Positions 13,628 to 26,739 of a stretch of 64,000 bases of DNA are shown piece after piece. Under the pieces are notes generated by a model. The model did no database searches, was not told where the DNA came from, and was given only the letters and a program-made list of their open reading frames with translations. The position numbers and the translations under genes are program-made. Source of the stretch: Squalus acanthias (taxonomy: Eukaryota); the NCBI GenBank assembly GCA_030390025.1, contig CM059432.1:52268001-52332000 (forward strand), read 5' to 3'. How positions within the stretch are numbered: position 1 is the first letter of the stretch; every line of letters begins with the position of its first letter.

Positions 13628-14504
13628 CACAAGGCCCCTTGATAGCTGCTGAAGAAAACACCGGGCTTCTCCTGAGCCACTAACTGTTTCCCCACCCTAG
13701 AATAGGGACCCTCTTTCTCTCTGATCATGCACCTGCTCCATGCCACCTGGGGAAAAAAGAGAAGCTTCATAGTCTATCCAGGAACATCCTTCTATTTTCA
13801 CACCACAATTCTTCATACCCACACTTGTTTTTCCTGTTCCTCCACTTACTGCCTGACACAATTGTGCCACCCTCTTACCAGGTCCTTCAATGCAGACTGA
13901 AGCAGGGCCCAGATTCCTGCTTGGGTACAGCTGCCTTCCTAGCTATGGCACAGCACAAACTTATTCACAGGGGATGGAACCTTTAAATAAATGTGAAGAC
14001 CATCGACATGCAAATCGCAGCTTCTAGTGGTCAAAAATTACATTCAAAACTTACCATCGTTCATCAGAAGTTTCCACTATAAAAAGTCTGCACCATTACT
14101 TTTAAAAGTTGAAGATCCTCTGATTCTGAGTCTTTCATGGGGCTTCCATTTGACCTGCTCCTTTAATGTTGCTGCTGCCTTTATGGTCCAGGTAGTTCCA
14201 GGACTTCCTCTCACTTTCCTTAGTACACCCAATAGAGTTAGTGTCTCCACCAGTGCCCCAATGTCTGCCCTCTCCTAGCTAATGAGGACTTACTGGAAAA
14301 TCAAGCTCTGGCTCAGCCACAGTGTGGTGTGCCCCTATTGCTCCCAGACAACACTTGCCCATGAAAATTGACCATATTATTTTATTACTGAACAAATTTG
14401 TGGTGATTAAATTGGAGTCATTAATCCTGCTGCGTGAACGGCATCATGCATTAACTGCATTGTCATTGGTGTCCTACACCCACTGCAGGAAAAAAAGACC
14501 CTAA

Positions 14505-15232
14505 AGCCAACATGGATTTGTTAAAGGCAAATTGTGTTTAACTAACTTGATCGAGTTTTTTGATGAGGTAACAGAGAGGGTTGATGAGGGCAATGTGGTT
14601 GACATGGTGTATATGGACTTCCAAAAGGCGTTTGATAAAGCAAGGAAGTTATGAAGAACTTTTATAAAACACTGGTTCAGCCTCAACTGGAGTATTGTGT
14701 CCAATTCTGGGCACCACACTTTAGGAAGGATGTGAAGGCCTTAGAGAGGGTGCAGAAAAGATTTACAAGAATGATTCCAGGGATGAGGGACTTCAGTTAC
14801 GTGGATAGACTAGAGAAGCTGGGGTTGTTCTCCTTAGAGCAGAGAAGGTTGAGAGGAGGTTTGATAGAGGTGTTCAAAATCATGAGGGGTTAGACAGAGT
14901 AGAGAGAGAAACTGTTCCCATTGGTGGAAGGATCAAGAACCAGAGGGCACAGATTTAAGGTGATTGGCAAAAGAACCAAAGGCGACATGAGGAAAAACTT
15001 TTTTACGCAGCGAGTGGTTAAGATCTGGAATGCACTGCCTGAAAGGGTGGTGGAGGCAGACTCAATCGTGGCTTTCAAGAGGGAATTGGATAAGTACCTG
15101 AAGGAAAAACATTTGCAGTGCCACAGGGAAAGGGCAGGTGAGTAGGACTAGCTGAAGTGCTCATGCAGAGAGCTGACATGGGCTCGATGGGCTGAATGGC
15201 TTCCTTCTGTGCTGTAACCATTCTATGATTCT
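14505..15232 (+). mobile_element. CR1 LINE fragment with internal deletion
   Basis: QHGF...MDFQKAFDK joined directly at ~14641 to YKTLVQPQLEYCVQFWAP; ttctatgattct tail. Confidence 0.88.
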
Positions 15233-17123
15233 AAAACAAAACAGAACCACCCTACAAATTTCGCAGAATACATTATCTTAAAAATGACCCCTGGCTTGTG
15301 CTGAGTTTGTCAATCTCAGGCACGTGGTGATTGGAACACTACATGCAGTTTCAGTGCTGCTTCATTGGGAAGAGGAAAACTCAGCCAGGGTTCCTGAATG
15401 CTATCCAGTTATACTTGCTGGAGGTACAAGTGTTTGTGCATGAGATAATAATGGAGTTGGGTTCAACTCTGTTGGTCCTTGATGAGGTACCACAGAGCAA
15501 GTGGCATATGTGGGAGTATACTCGAGCATGTGTCCCCACCTTCAGGAAATACATAGAAGTTACCACACGGAAACAGGCCATTTGGCCTAACCAATTCATG
15601 CCAGCATCCACCATCCATGCAAATAAATAGTTTTCATCGCATTTACCCGCCCTGTTCCCATATCCCTTCAACCCCTTTTTCTTCATCCAACTATTCGCAG
15701 AGCTGGAAAGTGAATAGTTCTTTTTCGGCCGGCACAGACATGATGGGCTGAATGACCTCCTTTTGTGCCGTAAACTTCTATGATTCTATCTAATTTGATT
15801 TTGACATAAGAGTAGAAGGGTAGGGGAAATATTTGTTGGGAAAACTGGAGGACATGAAAAACAATATGGGATTAATGTTGCATTATGTGTCATATTATTA
15901 ACAGATTCATTAAACATACGATAATTGATAGCAGTGAATATCAACACCGCAGATTGATAGGATGATGTGTATAGCTCCTCATATAGCAAATTCTTTAGCT
16001 TGGGCTCAGCACTAGAGTAAGAAACCAAAGTTCTTTTATATTGCATTAAAACTTATGCTAGTGATGCCAGCTCCTGACAGGCAGGTCTTGAGCGGTTCTC
16101 TGCAACCCAAATCTAAACTTGCCAGGTCTTGCTAAGGCTGGTAACTGGGAAGACCAATTTTACTGGATCTTCCCAGCAACTGGCCTAAGCGAATCCAAGC
16201 AAGTTTACTTTCAGTTTGCAGCCAACAGTATGAAGCCCATGACTCAGGAACCAGCACTGCTTGCACAGGTCTAACACAACATTAAAATGGCTCAAGTCAC
16301 GTTCCTTTTTGTACATTGGTGGCTAACTAGCAGTCTGAGAGCATGGCGTGTGGTTTGTTAGTGAAATAATTGAATGGAGGCAATATTGAATATGAATAAA
16401 AATGTTTGATTGTGATAAAGTAGATAAGATCAGAAAAGGGATGCTTCCTAGCAACAAAAATTGATATTGTGCTGTAAGGTAATGATTTACAGGGATCAGT
16501 TTATCCAGTTATACAAGGTTACAATACAAGTATCATCCTATACTTAGTCTGATATGGGTTTAACACCAGAGTGAATAACAACAACTTGTTATTTATATTT
16601 ATATGAACCCTGCCATTAAAATAGTACATAATCATCCCAGTATAAGAGATGCCTTAGTTTGGTATGAGTTTGGCAATGCTGGAAGTAAGAAACTGGATCT
16701 GAATCTGGACATTGTTGAAGGGGTAGTGTATGAAATTGTTCGTCCTCTTTCTCTGATAGCTGTTAAAGGACAGTGTGAAAAGTATGAAACATCTCATTTG
16801 TGATCTTCAGCCATCATGTCCTGATACTCTGGGAGTTTCTTCCTAAAACCCTCTGCCTTGCTGCATCTCTCCCCACATTCAAAAGCTTCCTCAAAACCTA
16901 CCTCTTCAGCCATGCTTTCAGTCATCTCCCCTAATTCCTCTCCTAGGGAGAACAACAACTTACATTATTACAACACCTTTCATGCCCTCAAGACCTCCCA
17001 AAGCGCTTCACAGTTGATTAATTAATTTTAAATTATAGTCAATGTTGTAATGTAGGCAGATGTGGCAGCCACTTGGCACATAGCAAGATCCCACAAACAG
17101 CACAGAGATAAATGACTAGATAA

Positions 17124-18510
17124 CAACAGAAAACGCTGGAAAAACTCAGCAGGCCAGGCAGCATCCATGGAGAGAGAAACAGAGTTAATGTTTCAGGTTG
17201 AAGACCCTTCGTCAGAACTGGAAAAAAGCAGGAAATGAAATAGATTTAAAGCAAGTATAATGCTGGAAAAAGGGGGAGGGGATGAAAGAACAAAAGGGAA
17301 GGTCAGTGGTAGTATAGAAGGCAGGAGAGATTAAGAGACATTGAGAGACATTAAGAGATATTCAAGACAAGAGGAGGTGGTAATGTGACAGGTTGAGGCT
17401 AGATGAAGTGTGAAATGCGCTGGCAGAATGAAGGACAGCTGCCAGCTTCAGGGAGGGAAGAAAAAAAGGGGCCAAACAAAAGGGTGGATGAAAAAATAAA
17501 ATATGTGTGTATATCTATATCTAGATGTGTCTATATCTATATCTCTATATCTATATCTATATCCATATCTATATCTATATCTATATCTGATAGGGGCCGT
17601 GGTTATGATCTGAAATTGTTGAATTCTATGTTGAGTCCAGAGGGCTGTAGCGTGCCTAAACGAAAGATGAGGTGCTGTTCCTCGAGCTTACGCTGAGCTT
17701 CCGTGGAACAATGCAAGAGGCCGAGGACGGTGAGGTCAGAGTGGGAGTGGAGCAGAGAATTAAAGTGACAGGCCACCGGGAGCTCGGGGTTCCCCTTACG
17801 GACTGAACGGAGGTGTTCCGCAAAGCGGTCACCCAATCTGTGTTTGGTCTCCTCAATGTAGAGGAGACCACATCGTGAGCAGCGAATACAGTATACTAAA
17901 TTGCAGGAAGTACATGTAAATCGCTGTTTCACCTGGAAGGGGTGTTTGGGGCCCTGGACAGTGGGAAGGGAGGAGGTAAAAGGGCATGTGTAGCATCTCC
18001 TGCGCTTGCACGGGAAGGTGCCGGATGAAGGGGAAGGGGTACTGGGGGTAGTAGAGGAGTGGACTAGGGTGTCGCGGAGGAAGCGGTCCCTGCGGAATGC
18101 TGAAAGGGGAGGTGAGGGGAAGATGCGTTTGGTGGTGGGATCACGCTGGAGGTGGCGGAAATGGCAGAGGATGATCCGTTGAATGTGGAGGCTGGTGGGG
18201 TGAAAGGTGAGGACAAGGGGAACTCTATCGTGGTTCCGGGAGGGAGGGGCAGGGGTGAGGGCAGAAGTGCAGGAGATAGAACGGACACGGTCGAGGGCCG
18301 TGTCAACCACAGTAGAGGGGAATCCTCGGTTGAGAAAAAAGGAAGACATGTCGGAAGCACTGGTATGGAAGGTGGCATCGTCAGAGCAGATGCGGCGGAG
18401 ACGGAGAAACTGGGAGAATGGAATAGAGTCCTTACAGGAAGTGGGGTGGGAGGAAGTGTAGTCCAGGTAGCTGTGGGAGTCAGTGGGCTTGTAGTGAATG
18501 TTAGTCAATA
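17124..18510 (-). mobile_element. Penelope-like element 3' part (RT C-terminus + GIY-YIG endonuclease + hammerhead tail), 16-bp TSD
   Basis: ORF 17603-18508: YKPTDSHSYL, IPFSQFLRLRRIC, NLVYCIRCSRCGLLYIEETKHRLGDRFAEH, LGTLQPSGLN. Flanked by ataaatgactagataa at 17108-17123 and 18511-18526. Confidence 0.9.
17183..17219 (-). ncRNA. Minimal hammerhead ribozyme variant (duplicate at 25412-25448)
   Basis: agtt-ctgacga-agggtcttcaacct-gaaa-cattaact. Confidence 0.6.
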
Positions 18511-19502
18511 ATAAATGACTAGATAATCTGCTTCAGTGATGTTGGCTGAGAGATACATTTTTGACAGGGCACCAGGAGAACTCCCCTGTTCTTCTTCAAA
18601 TAATGGCATAGGATCTCATACATCTTACTGAGAGGGCAGACAGAGCCTCAATTTAATATCTCATCTGAAAGCTGGGCTTCTGACATTGCAGCACTCCTTC
18701 AGTACGGCACTGAAGTGTCAGCCTAGAATAAGTGGGACCTTCTAACTCAGAGGGGAAAGTACCAACTCTGAGCAAGGCTTGACACACCCTTCCTGCTTGG
18801 TGTCCATTCCTACCCCAGCCCACACATGAAGCACTTTGGGACATTTTGCTACGTTAAAGGTACTATATAAGTAGTATTTACTGTTATAATGTATCTGAAA
18901 GTAACATGTAACCTGAAATGTAGCATTTATTCAATTTCCTGCAAAAGGAGAATATATCTTCTCAAGGTAATTAAGGAACTAGATCCATATTGCCTGCAGA
19001 TTATTGTGAACTGAACATATACTGAAAGCTTCTCCCCCACAAAATTGCATTCGGTCAGAGGCAACCTAACATCCCTTCCACTGGATTGCTGCAGATAATT
19101 TGCTCACTGTAAGCAAACTAGGACAGGGTACTGGGTTATGTGAAAGAGTAACGTTAATGTAGGAGATGGGGTGTATAGGAGGATGAAGCAGCAGTACAGA
19201 ATAGGGTAGCAAGGATGCAGGAGAAAGGAATCTGTATGGGAGAGGCAGAGAGGGAAGTAGTAAAAGAAAGAAAGAAAGACTTGCATTTATATAGCGCCTT
19301 TCACGACCACTGGACGTCCCAAAGCGCTTTACAGCCAATGAAGTACTTTTGTAGTGTAGTCACTGTTGTAATGTAGGAAAATATGAGAAGAAAGTATGAG
19401 AAGAAGGGAGTGTGATTTGGCAATGACAATTATAATAGTGGGGATTCGTAGCAGAAAACAGAGGATCGGAGAAGGAAGCAGCAGAGGAAGGAAGCAGTGT
19501 GT

Positions 19503-20002
19503 NNNNNNNNNNNNNNNNNNNNNNNNNNNNNNNNNNNNNNNNNNNNNNNNNNNNNNNNNNNNNNNNNNNNNNNNNNNNNNNNNNNNNNNNNNNNNNNNNN
19601 NNNNNNNNNNNNNNNNNNNNNNNNNNNNNNNNNNNNNNNNNNNNNNNNNNNNNNNNNNNNNNNNNNNNNNNNNNNNNNNNNNNNNNNNNNNNNNNNNNNN
19701 NNNNNNNNNNNNNNNNNNNNNNNNNNNNNNNNNNNNNNNNNNNNNNNNNNNNNNNNNNNNNNNNNNNNNNNNNNNNNNNNNNNNNNNNNNNNNNNNNNNN
19801 NNNNNNNNNNNNNNNNNNNNNNNNNNNNNNNNNNNNNNNNNNNNNNNNNNNNNNNNNNNNNNNNNNNNNNNNNNNNNNNNNNNNNNNNNNNNNNNNNNNN
19901 NNNNNNNNNNNNNNNNNNNNNNNNNNNNNNNNNNNNNNNNNNNNNNNNNNNNNNNNNNNNNNNNNNNNNNNNNNNNNNNNNNNNNNNNNNNNNNNNNNNN
20001 NN
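19503..20002. other. Assembly gap (500 N)
   Basis: Direct observation. Confidence 1.
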
Positions 20003-20259
20003 TAATATAATTGTGTGTGAGACCCCTGCCTAGTAGGGAATGATGGCTTGTGACTTTGTACCAAGAGCTGAGACCTGGGCTCTGTAATGTCATTAACTGT
20101 AAATAAATTGTTCAATTTTAAATTAAAAAAAAGAACTTATTACAGACTGCTGTTAGTATTTTACACTCACTGATGAGGGCTATGTTCAGCACTGTGGAAC
20201 CCTCCTTTTGTGAGGTGGCTTATTTGGAGGTAATGGATGAGAAACAATGCATTTAAAAT

Positions 20260-21856
20260 AAAAAGAGGAGATATATTAAATAAACTAATCAAACTCAAAG
20301 AGGGAAAAAAAACCACGGATCACATCTGTGCATTTTAAAAGAATCTAGGGAAGAGATAGCAGAGGCATTACTACACATATTTAATAATTCGTTAGAAAAG
20401 GTGTAGTACCAGGGGACTGGCGGATAGCTAATGTAATATCTATATTTAAGAAGGGAGGTAGAACATGTCCAGGGAACTATAGACCAGTCAGCTTAACATC
20501 GGTGGTAGGAAAAATAATGGAATCCCTACTAAAGGAGAAAATAGAAGAACATCTAGAAGCCAAAAAATATAAAAATGAATAGTCAGCCTAGATTTCAAAA
20601 GGGAGAGTCTTGCTTGACCAACCTCATTGAATTTTTTGAAGAGGTAACAGAGAGAGTAGACATGAGTAATGTAGTAGATGTAATTTACCTAGATTTTCAA
20701 AGGTCTTCGATACGGTACCACATAATAGACTAATGAATAAGGTCAGAGAGTGTGGAGTCAGGGGACAAGTAGCAGATTGGATAGCTAACTGGCTTCAAGA
20801 CAGAAAGCAGAGAGTAAGGTTAAAGGTAGCTATTCACAGTGGCAGAAGGCGGGTAGTGGTGACCACTGTTGTTCACAATTTATATTAACGATTTAGACTT
20901 TGGAATCCAAAACACAATTTCTAAATTTGCGGATGACACCAAATTGGGGGGGGGGGGGAGATAGTCAATGCTGAGGAGGAATGCAACAAATTACAGGAGG
21001 ACATTAATAAACTTGCAGAATGGCATATAATTGGCAAATGAATTTCAACACAGATAAATGTGAGGTATTACATTTTGGTAGGAAGAATAGGGAGGTCACT
21101 TATTACTTGGAGGGTGTGAATCCGGGTGGGGTAGAGGAGTACAGGGATCTCAAGAGTACAAATACACAAATCACTAAAAGTAGTGATGCAGGTTAACAAG
21201 GCCATAAAAAAACAAACAAAGCACTAGGGTTTATTTCTAGAGGGATAGAATTGAAAAGTAGTGAAGTTATGCTAAACTTGTATCGAACCTTGGTTAGACC
21301 ATACTTGGAGTACTGTGTACAATTCTGGTCGCCATATTATATAAAGGACATAGAGGCACTGGAGATGGTGCAGAGAAGATTTACAAGGATGATACCAGAA
21401 ATGCAAGGGTATACCTGTCGGGAAAGGATGAACAGGCTGGGTCTCTTTTCGCTTGACAAAAAAAGGCTGAGGGGTGACCTAATGGAGGTCTTTAAAATTA
21501 TGAAAGGTTTTGAATGAGTAGATACAGAGAGAATGTTTCTACTTGTGGGGAAGAGCAAAACTAGAGGCCATCAATATAAGATACGTCACCAACAAATCAA
21601 ATAGGGAACTCAGAAGAAACTTCTTTACCCAGAGAGTGGTGAGAATGTGAAACTCACTACCACAGGGAGTAGTTGAGGCAAATAGTATAGATGCATTTAA
21701 GAGGAGGCTAGATAAGCACATGAGGGAGAAGGGAATAGAGGGTTATGCTGATAGAGTTAGATGAGGAAAGACGGGAGTAGGTTCGAGTGGAGCATAAATG
21801 CCAGCATGGACTGGTTGGGCCGCATGGCCTGATTCTGTGCCGTATATCCTATGTAA
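20260..21856 (+). mobile_element. CR1 LINE (duplicate of 12020-13627)
   Basis: Same sequence in duplication copy 2. Confidence 0.9.
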
Positions 21857-22734
21857 TCACAAGGCCCCTTGATAGCTGCTGAAGAAAACACCGGGCTTCT
21901 CCTGAGCCACTAACTGTTTCCCCACCCTAGAATAGGGACCCTCTTTCTCTCTGATCATGCACCTGCTCCATGCCACCTGGGGAAAAAAGAGAAGCTTCAT
22001 AGTCTATCCAGGAACATCCTTCTATTTTCACACCACAATTCTTCATACCCACACTTGTTTTTCCTGTTCCTCCACTTACTGCCTGACACAATTGTGCCAC
22101 CCTCTTACCAGGTCCTTCAATGCAGACTGAAGCAGGGCCCAGATTCCTGCTTGGGTACAGCTGCCTTCCTAGCTATGGCACAGCACAAACTTATTCACAG
22201 GGGATGGAACCTTTAAATAAATGTGAAGACCATCGACATGCAAATCGCAGCTTCTAGTGGTCAAAAATTACATTCAAAACTTACCATCGTTCATCAGAAG
22301 TTTCCACTATAAAAAGTCTGCACCATTACTTTTAAAAGTTGAAGATCCTCTGATTCTGAGTCTTTCATGGGGCTTCCATTTGACCTGCTCCTTTAATGTT
22401 GCTGCTGCCTTTATGGTCCAGGTAGTTCCAGGACTTCCTCTCACTTTCTTAGTGCACCCAATAGAGTTAGTGTCTCCACCAGTGCCCCAATGTCTGCCCT
22501 CTCCTAGCTAATGAGGACTTACTGGAAAATCAAGCTCTGGCTCAGCCACAGTGTGGTGTGCCCCTATTGCTCCCAGACAACACTTGCCCATGAAAATTGA
22601 CCATATTATTTTATTACTGAACAAATTTGTGGTGATTAAATTGGAGTCATTAATCCTGCTGCGTGAACGGCATCATGCATTAACTGCATTGTCATTGGTG
22701 TCCTACACCCACTGCAGGAAAAAAAGACCCTAAA

Positions 22735-23462
22735 GCCAACATGGATTTGTTAAAGGCAAATTGTGTTTAACTAACTTGATCGAGTTTTTTGATGAGGTAA
22801 CAGAGAGGGTTGATGAGGGCAATGTGGTTGACATGGTGTATATGGACTTCCAAAAGGCGTTTGATAAAGCAAGGAAGTTATGAAGAACTTTTATAAAACA
22901 CTGGTTCAGCCTCAACTGGAGTATTGTCTCCAATTCTGGGCACCACACTTTAGGAAGGATGTGAAGGCCTTAGAGAGGGTGCAGAAAAGATTTACAAGAA
23001 TGATTCCAGGGATGAGGGACTTCAGTTACGTGGATAGACTAGAGAAGCTGGGGTTGTTCTCCTTAGAGCAGAGAAGGTTGAGAGGAGGTTTGATAGAGGT
23101 GTTCAAAATCATGAGGGGTTAGACAGAGTAGAGAGAGAAACTGTTCCCATTGGTGGAAGGATCAAGAACCAGAGGGCACAGATTTAAGGTGATTGGCAAA
23201 AGAACCAAAGGCGACATGAGGAAAAACTTTTTTACGCAGCGAGTGGTTAAGATCTGGAATGCACTGCCTGAAAGGGTGGTGGAGGCAGACTCAATCGTGG
23301 CTTTCAAGAGGGAATTGGATAAGTACCTGAAGGAAAAACATTTGCAGTGCCACAGGGAAAGGGCAGGTGAGTAGGACTAGCTGAAGTGCTCATGCAGAGA
23401 GCTGACATGGGCTCGATGGGCTGAATGGTTTCCTTCTGTGCTGTAACCATTCTATGATTCTA
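22735..23462 (+). mobile_element. CR1 LINE fragment (duplicate of 14505-15232)
   Basis: Same sequence in duplication copy 2. Confidence 0.87.
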
Positions 23463-25352
23463 AAACAAAACAGAACCACCCTACAAATTTCGCAGAATAC
23501 ATTATCTTAAAAATGACCCCTGGTTGTGCTGAGTTTGTCAATCTCAGGCACGTGGTGATTGGAACACTACATGCAGTTTCAGTGCTGCTTCATTGGGAAG
23601 AGGAAAACTCAGCCAGGGTTCCTGAATGCTATCCAGTTATACTTGCTGGAGGTACAAGTGTTTGTGCATGAGATAATAATGGAGTTGGGTTCAACTCTGT
23701 TGGTCCTTGATGAGGTACCACAGAGCAAGTGGCATATGTGGGAGTATACTCGAGCATGTGTCCCCACCTTCAGGAAATACATAGAAGTTACCACACGGAA
23801 ACAGGCCATTTGGCCTAACCAATTCATGCCAGCATCCACCATCCATGCAAATAAATAGTTTTCATCGCATTTACCCGCCCTGTTCCCATATCCCTTCAAC
23901 CCCTTTTTCTTCATCCAACTATTCGCAGAGCTGGAAAGTGAATAGTTCTTTTTCGGGCCGGCACAGACATGATGGGCTGAATGACCTCCTTTTGTGCCGT
24001 AAACTTCTATGATTCTATCTAATTTGATTTTGACATAAGAGTAGAAGGGTAGGGGAAATATTTGTTGGGAAAACTGGAGGACATGAAAAACAATATGGGA
24101 TTAATGTTGCATTATGTGTCATATTATTAACAGATTCATTAAACATACGATAATTGATAGCAGTGAATATCAACACCGCAGATTGATAGGATGATGTGTA
24201 TAGCTCCTCATATAGCAAATTCTTTAGCTTGGGCTCAGCACTAGAGTAAGAAACCAAAGTTCTTTTATATTGCATTAAAACTTATGCTAGTGATGCCAGC
24301 TCCTGACAGGCAGGTCTTGAGCGGTTCTCTGCAACCCAAATCTAAACTTGCCAGGTCTTGCTAAGGCTGGTAACTGGGAAGACCAATTTTACTGGATCTT
24401 CCCAGCAACTGGCCTAAGCGAATCCAAGCAAGTTTACTTTCAGTTTGCAGCCAACAGTATGAAGCCCATGACTCAGGAACCAGCACTGCTTGCACAGGTC
24501 TAACACAACATTAAAATGGCTCAAGTCACGTTCCTTTTTGTACATTGGTGGCTAACTAGCAGTCTGAGAGCATGGCGTGTGGTTTGTTAGTGAAATAATT
24601 GAATGGAGGCAATATTGAATATGAATAAAAATGTTTGATTGTGATAAAGTAGATAAGATCAGAAAAGGGATGCTTCCTAGCAACAAAAATTGATATTGTG
24701 CTGTAAGGTAATGATTTACAGGGATCAGTTTATCCAGTTATACAAGGTTACAATACAAGTATCATCCTATACTTAGTCTGATATGGGTTTAACACCAGAG
24801 TGAATAACAACAACTTGTTATTTATATTTATATGAACCCTGCAATTAAAATAGTACATAATCATCCCAGTATAAGAGATGCCTTAGTTTGGTATGAGTTT
24901 GGCAATGCTGGAAGTAAGAAACTGGATCTGAATCTGGACATTGTTGAAGGGGTAGTGTATGAAATTGTTCGTCCTCTTTCTCTGATAGCTGTTAAAGGAC
25001 AGTGTGAAAAGTATGAAACATCTCATTTGTGATCTTCAGCCATCATGTCCTGATACTCTGGGAGTTTCTTCCTAAAACCCTCTGCCTTGCTGCATCTCTC
25101 CCCACATTCAAAAGCTTCCTCAAAACCTACCTCTTCAGCCATGCTTTCAGTCATCTCCCCTAACTCCTCTCCTAGGGAGAACAACAACTTACATTATTAC
25201 AACACCTTTCATGCCCTCAAGACCTCCCAAAGCGCTTCACAGTTGATTAATTAATTTTAAATTATAGTCAATGTTGTAATGTAGGCAGATGTGGCAGCCA
25301 CTTGGCACATAGCAAGATCCCACAAACAGCACAGAGATAAATGACTAGATAA

Positions 25353-26739
25353 CAACAGAAAACGCTGGAAAAACTCAGCAGGCCAGGCAGCATCCATGGA
25401 GAGAGAAACAGAGTTAATGTTTCAGGTTGAAGACCCTTCGTCAGAACTGGAAAAAAGCAGGAAATGAAATAGATTTAAAGCAAGTATAATGCTGGAAAAA
25501 GGGGGAGGGGATGAAAGAACAAAAGGGAAGGTCAGTGGTAGTATAGAAGGCAGGAGAGATTAAGAGACATTGAGAGACATTAAGAGATATTCAAGACAAG
25601 AGGAGGTGGTAATGTGACAGGTTGAGGCTAGATGAAGTGTGAAATGCGCTGGCAGAATGAAGGACAGCTGCCAGCTTCAGGGAGGGAAGAAAAAAAGGGG
25701 CCAAACAAAAGGGTGGATGAAAAAATAAAATATGTGTGTATATCTATATCTAGATGTGTCTATATCTATATCTCTATATCTATATCTATATCCATATCTA
25801 TATCTATATCTATATCTGATAGGGGCCGTGGTTATGATCTGAAATTGTTGAATTCTATGTTGAGTCCAGAGGGCTGTAGCGTGCCTAAACGAAAGATGAG
25901 GTGCTGTTCCTCGAGCTTACGCTGAGCTTCCGTGGAACAATGCAAGAGGCCGAGGACGGTGAGGTCAGAGTGGGAGTGGAGCAGAGAATTAAAGTGACAG
26001 GCCACCGGGAGCTCGGGGTTCCCCTTACGGACTGAACGGAGGTGTTCCGCAAAGCGGTCACCCAATCTGTGTTTGGTCTCCTCAATGTAGAGGAGACCAC
26101 ATCGTGAGCAGCGAATACAGTATACTAAATTGCAGGAAGTACATGTAAATCGCTGTTTCACCTGGAAGGGGTGTTTGGGGCCCTGGACAGTGGGAAGGGA
26201 GGAGGTAAAAGGGCATGTGTAGCATCTCCTGCGCTTGCACGGGAAGGTGCCGGATGAAGGGGAAGGGGTACTGGGGGTAGTAGAGGAGTGGACTAGGGTG
26301 TCGCGGAGGAAGCGGTCCCTGCGGAATGCTGAAAGGGGAGGTGAGGGGAAGATGCGTTTGGTGGTGGGATCACGCTGGAGGTGGCGGAAATGGCAGAGGA
26401 TGATCCGTTGAATGTGGAGGCTGGTGGGGTGAAAGGTGAGGACAAGGGGAACTCTATCGTGGTTCCGGGAGGGAGGGGCAGGGGTGAGGGCAGAAGTGCA
26501 GGAGATAGAACGGACACGGTCGAGGGCCGTGTCAACCACAGTAGAGGGGAATCCTCGGTTGAGAAAAAAGGAAGACATGTCGGAAGCACTGGTATGGAAG
26601 GTGGCATCGTCAGAGCAGATGCGGCGGAGACGGAGAAACTGGGAGAATGGAATAGAGTCCTTACAGGAGGTGGGGTGGGAGGAAGTGTAGTCCAGGTAGC
26701 TGTGGGAGTCAGTGGGCTTGTAGTGAATGTTAGTCAATA
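25353..26739 (-). mobile_element. Penelope-like element (duplicate of 17124-18510)
   Basis: Identical 301-aa ORF 25832-26737. Confidence 0.9.

Larger units (their letters stand above)
16950..18790 (-). mobile_element. SINE with L2-like tail (Deu/SacSINE-like), split by a Penelope insertion at 17124-18510
   Basis: The two halves (16950-17123 and 18511-18790) are colinear with a related uninterrupted copy at ~44065-44365; (gtt)n tail. Confidence 0.6.
11765..19502 (+). repeat. Copy 1 of ~7.7 kb near-identical direct duplication
   Basis: Colinear with 20005-27730 (offset 8240 falling to 8228); identical ORF translations in both copies. Confidence 0.97.

Noticed and set aside
19329..20115. Long ORFs across the gap
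   Set aside because: Artefacts of translating N runs
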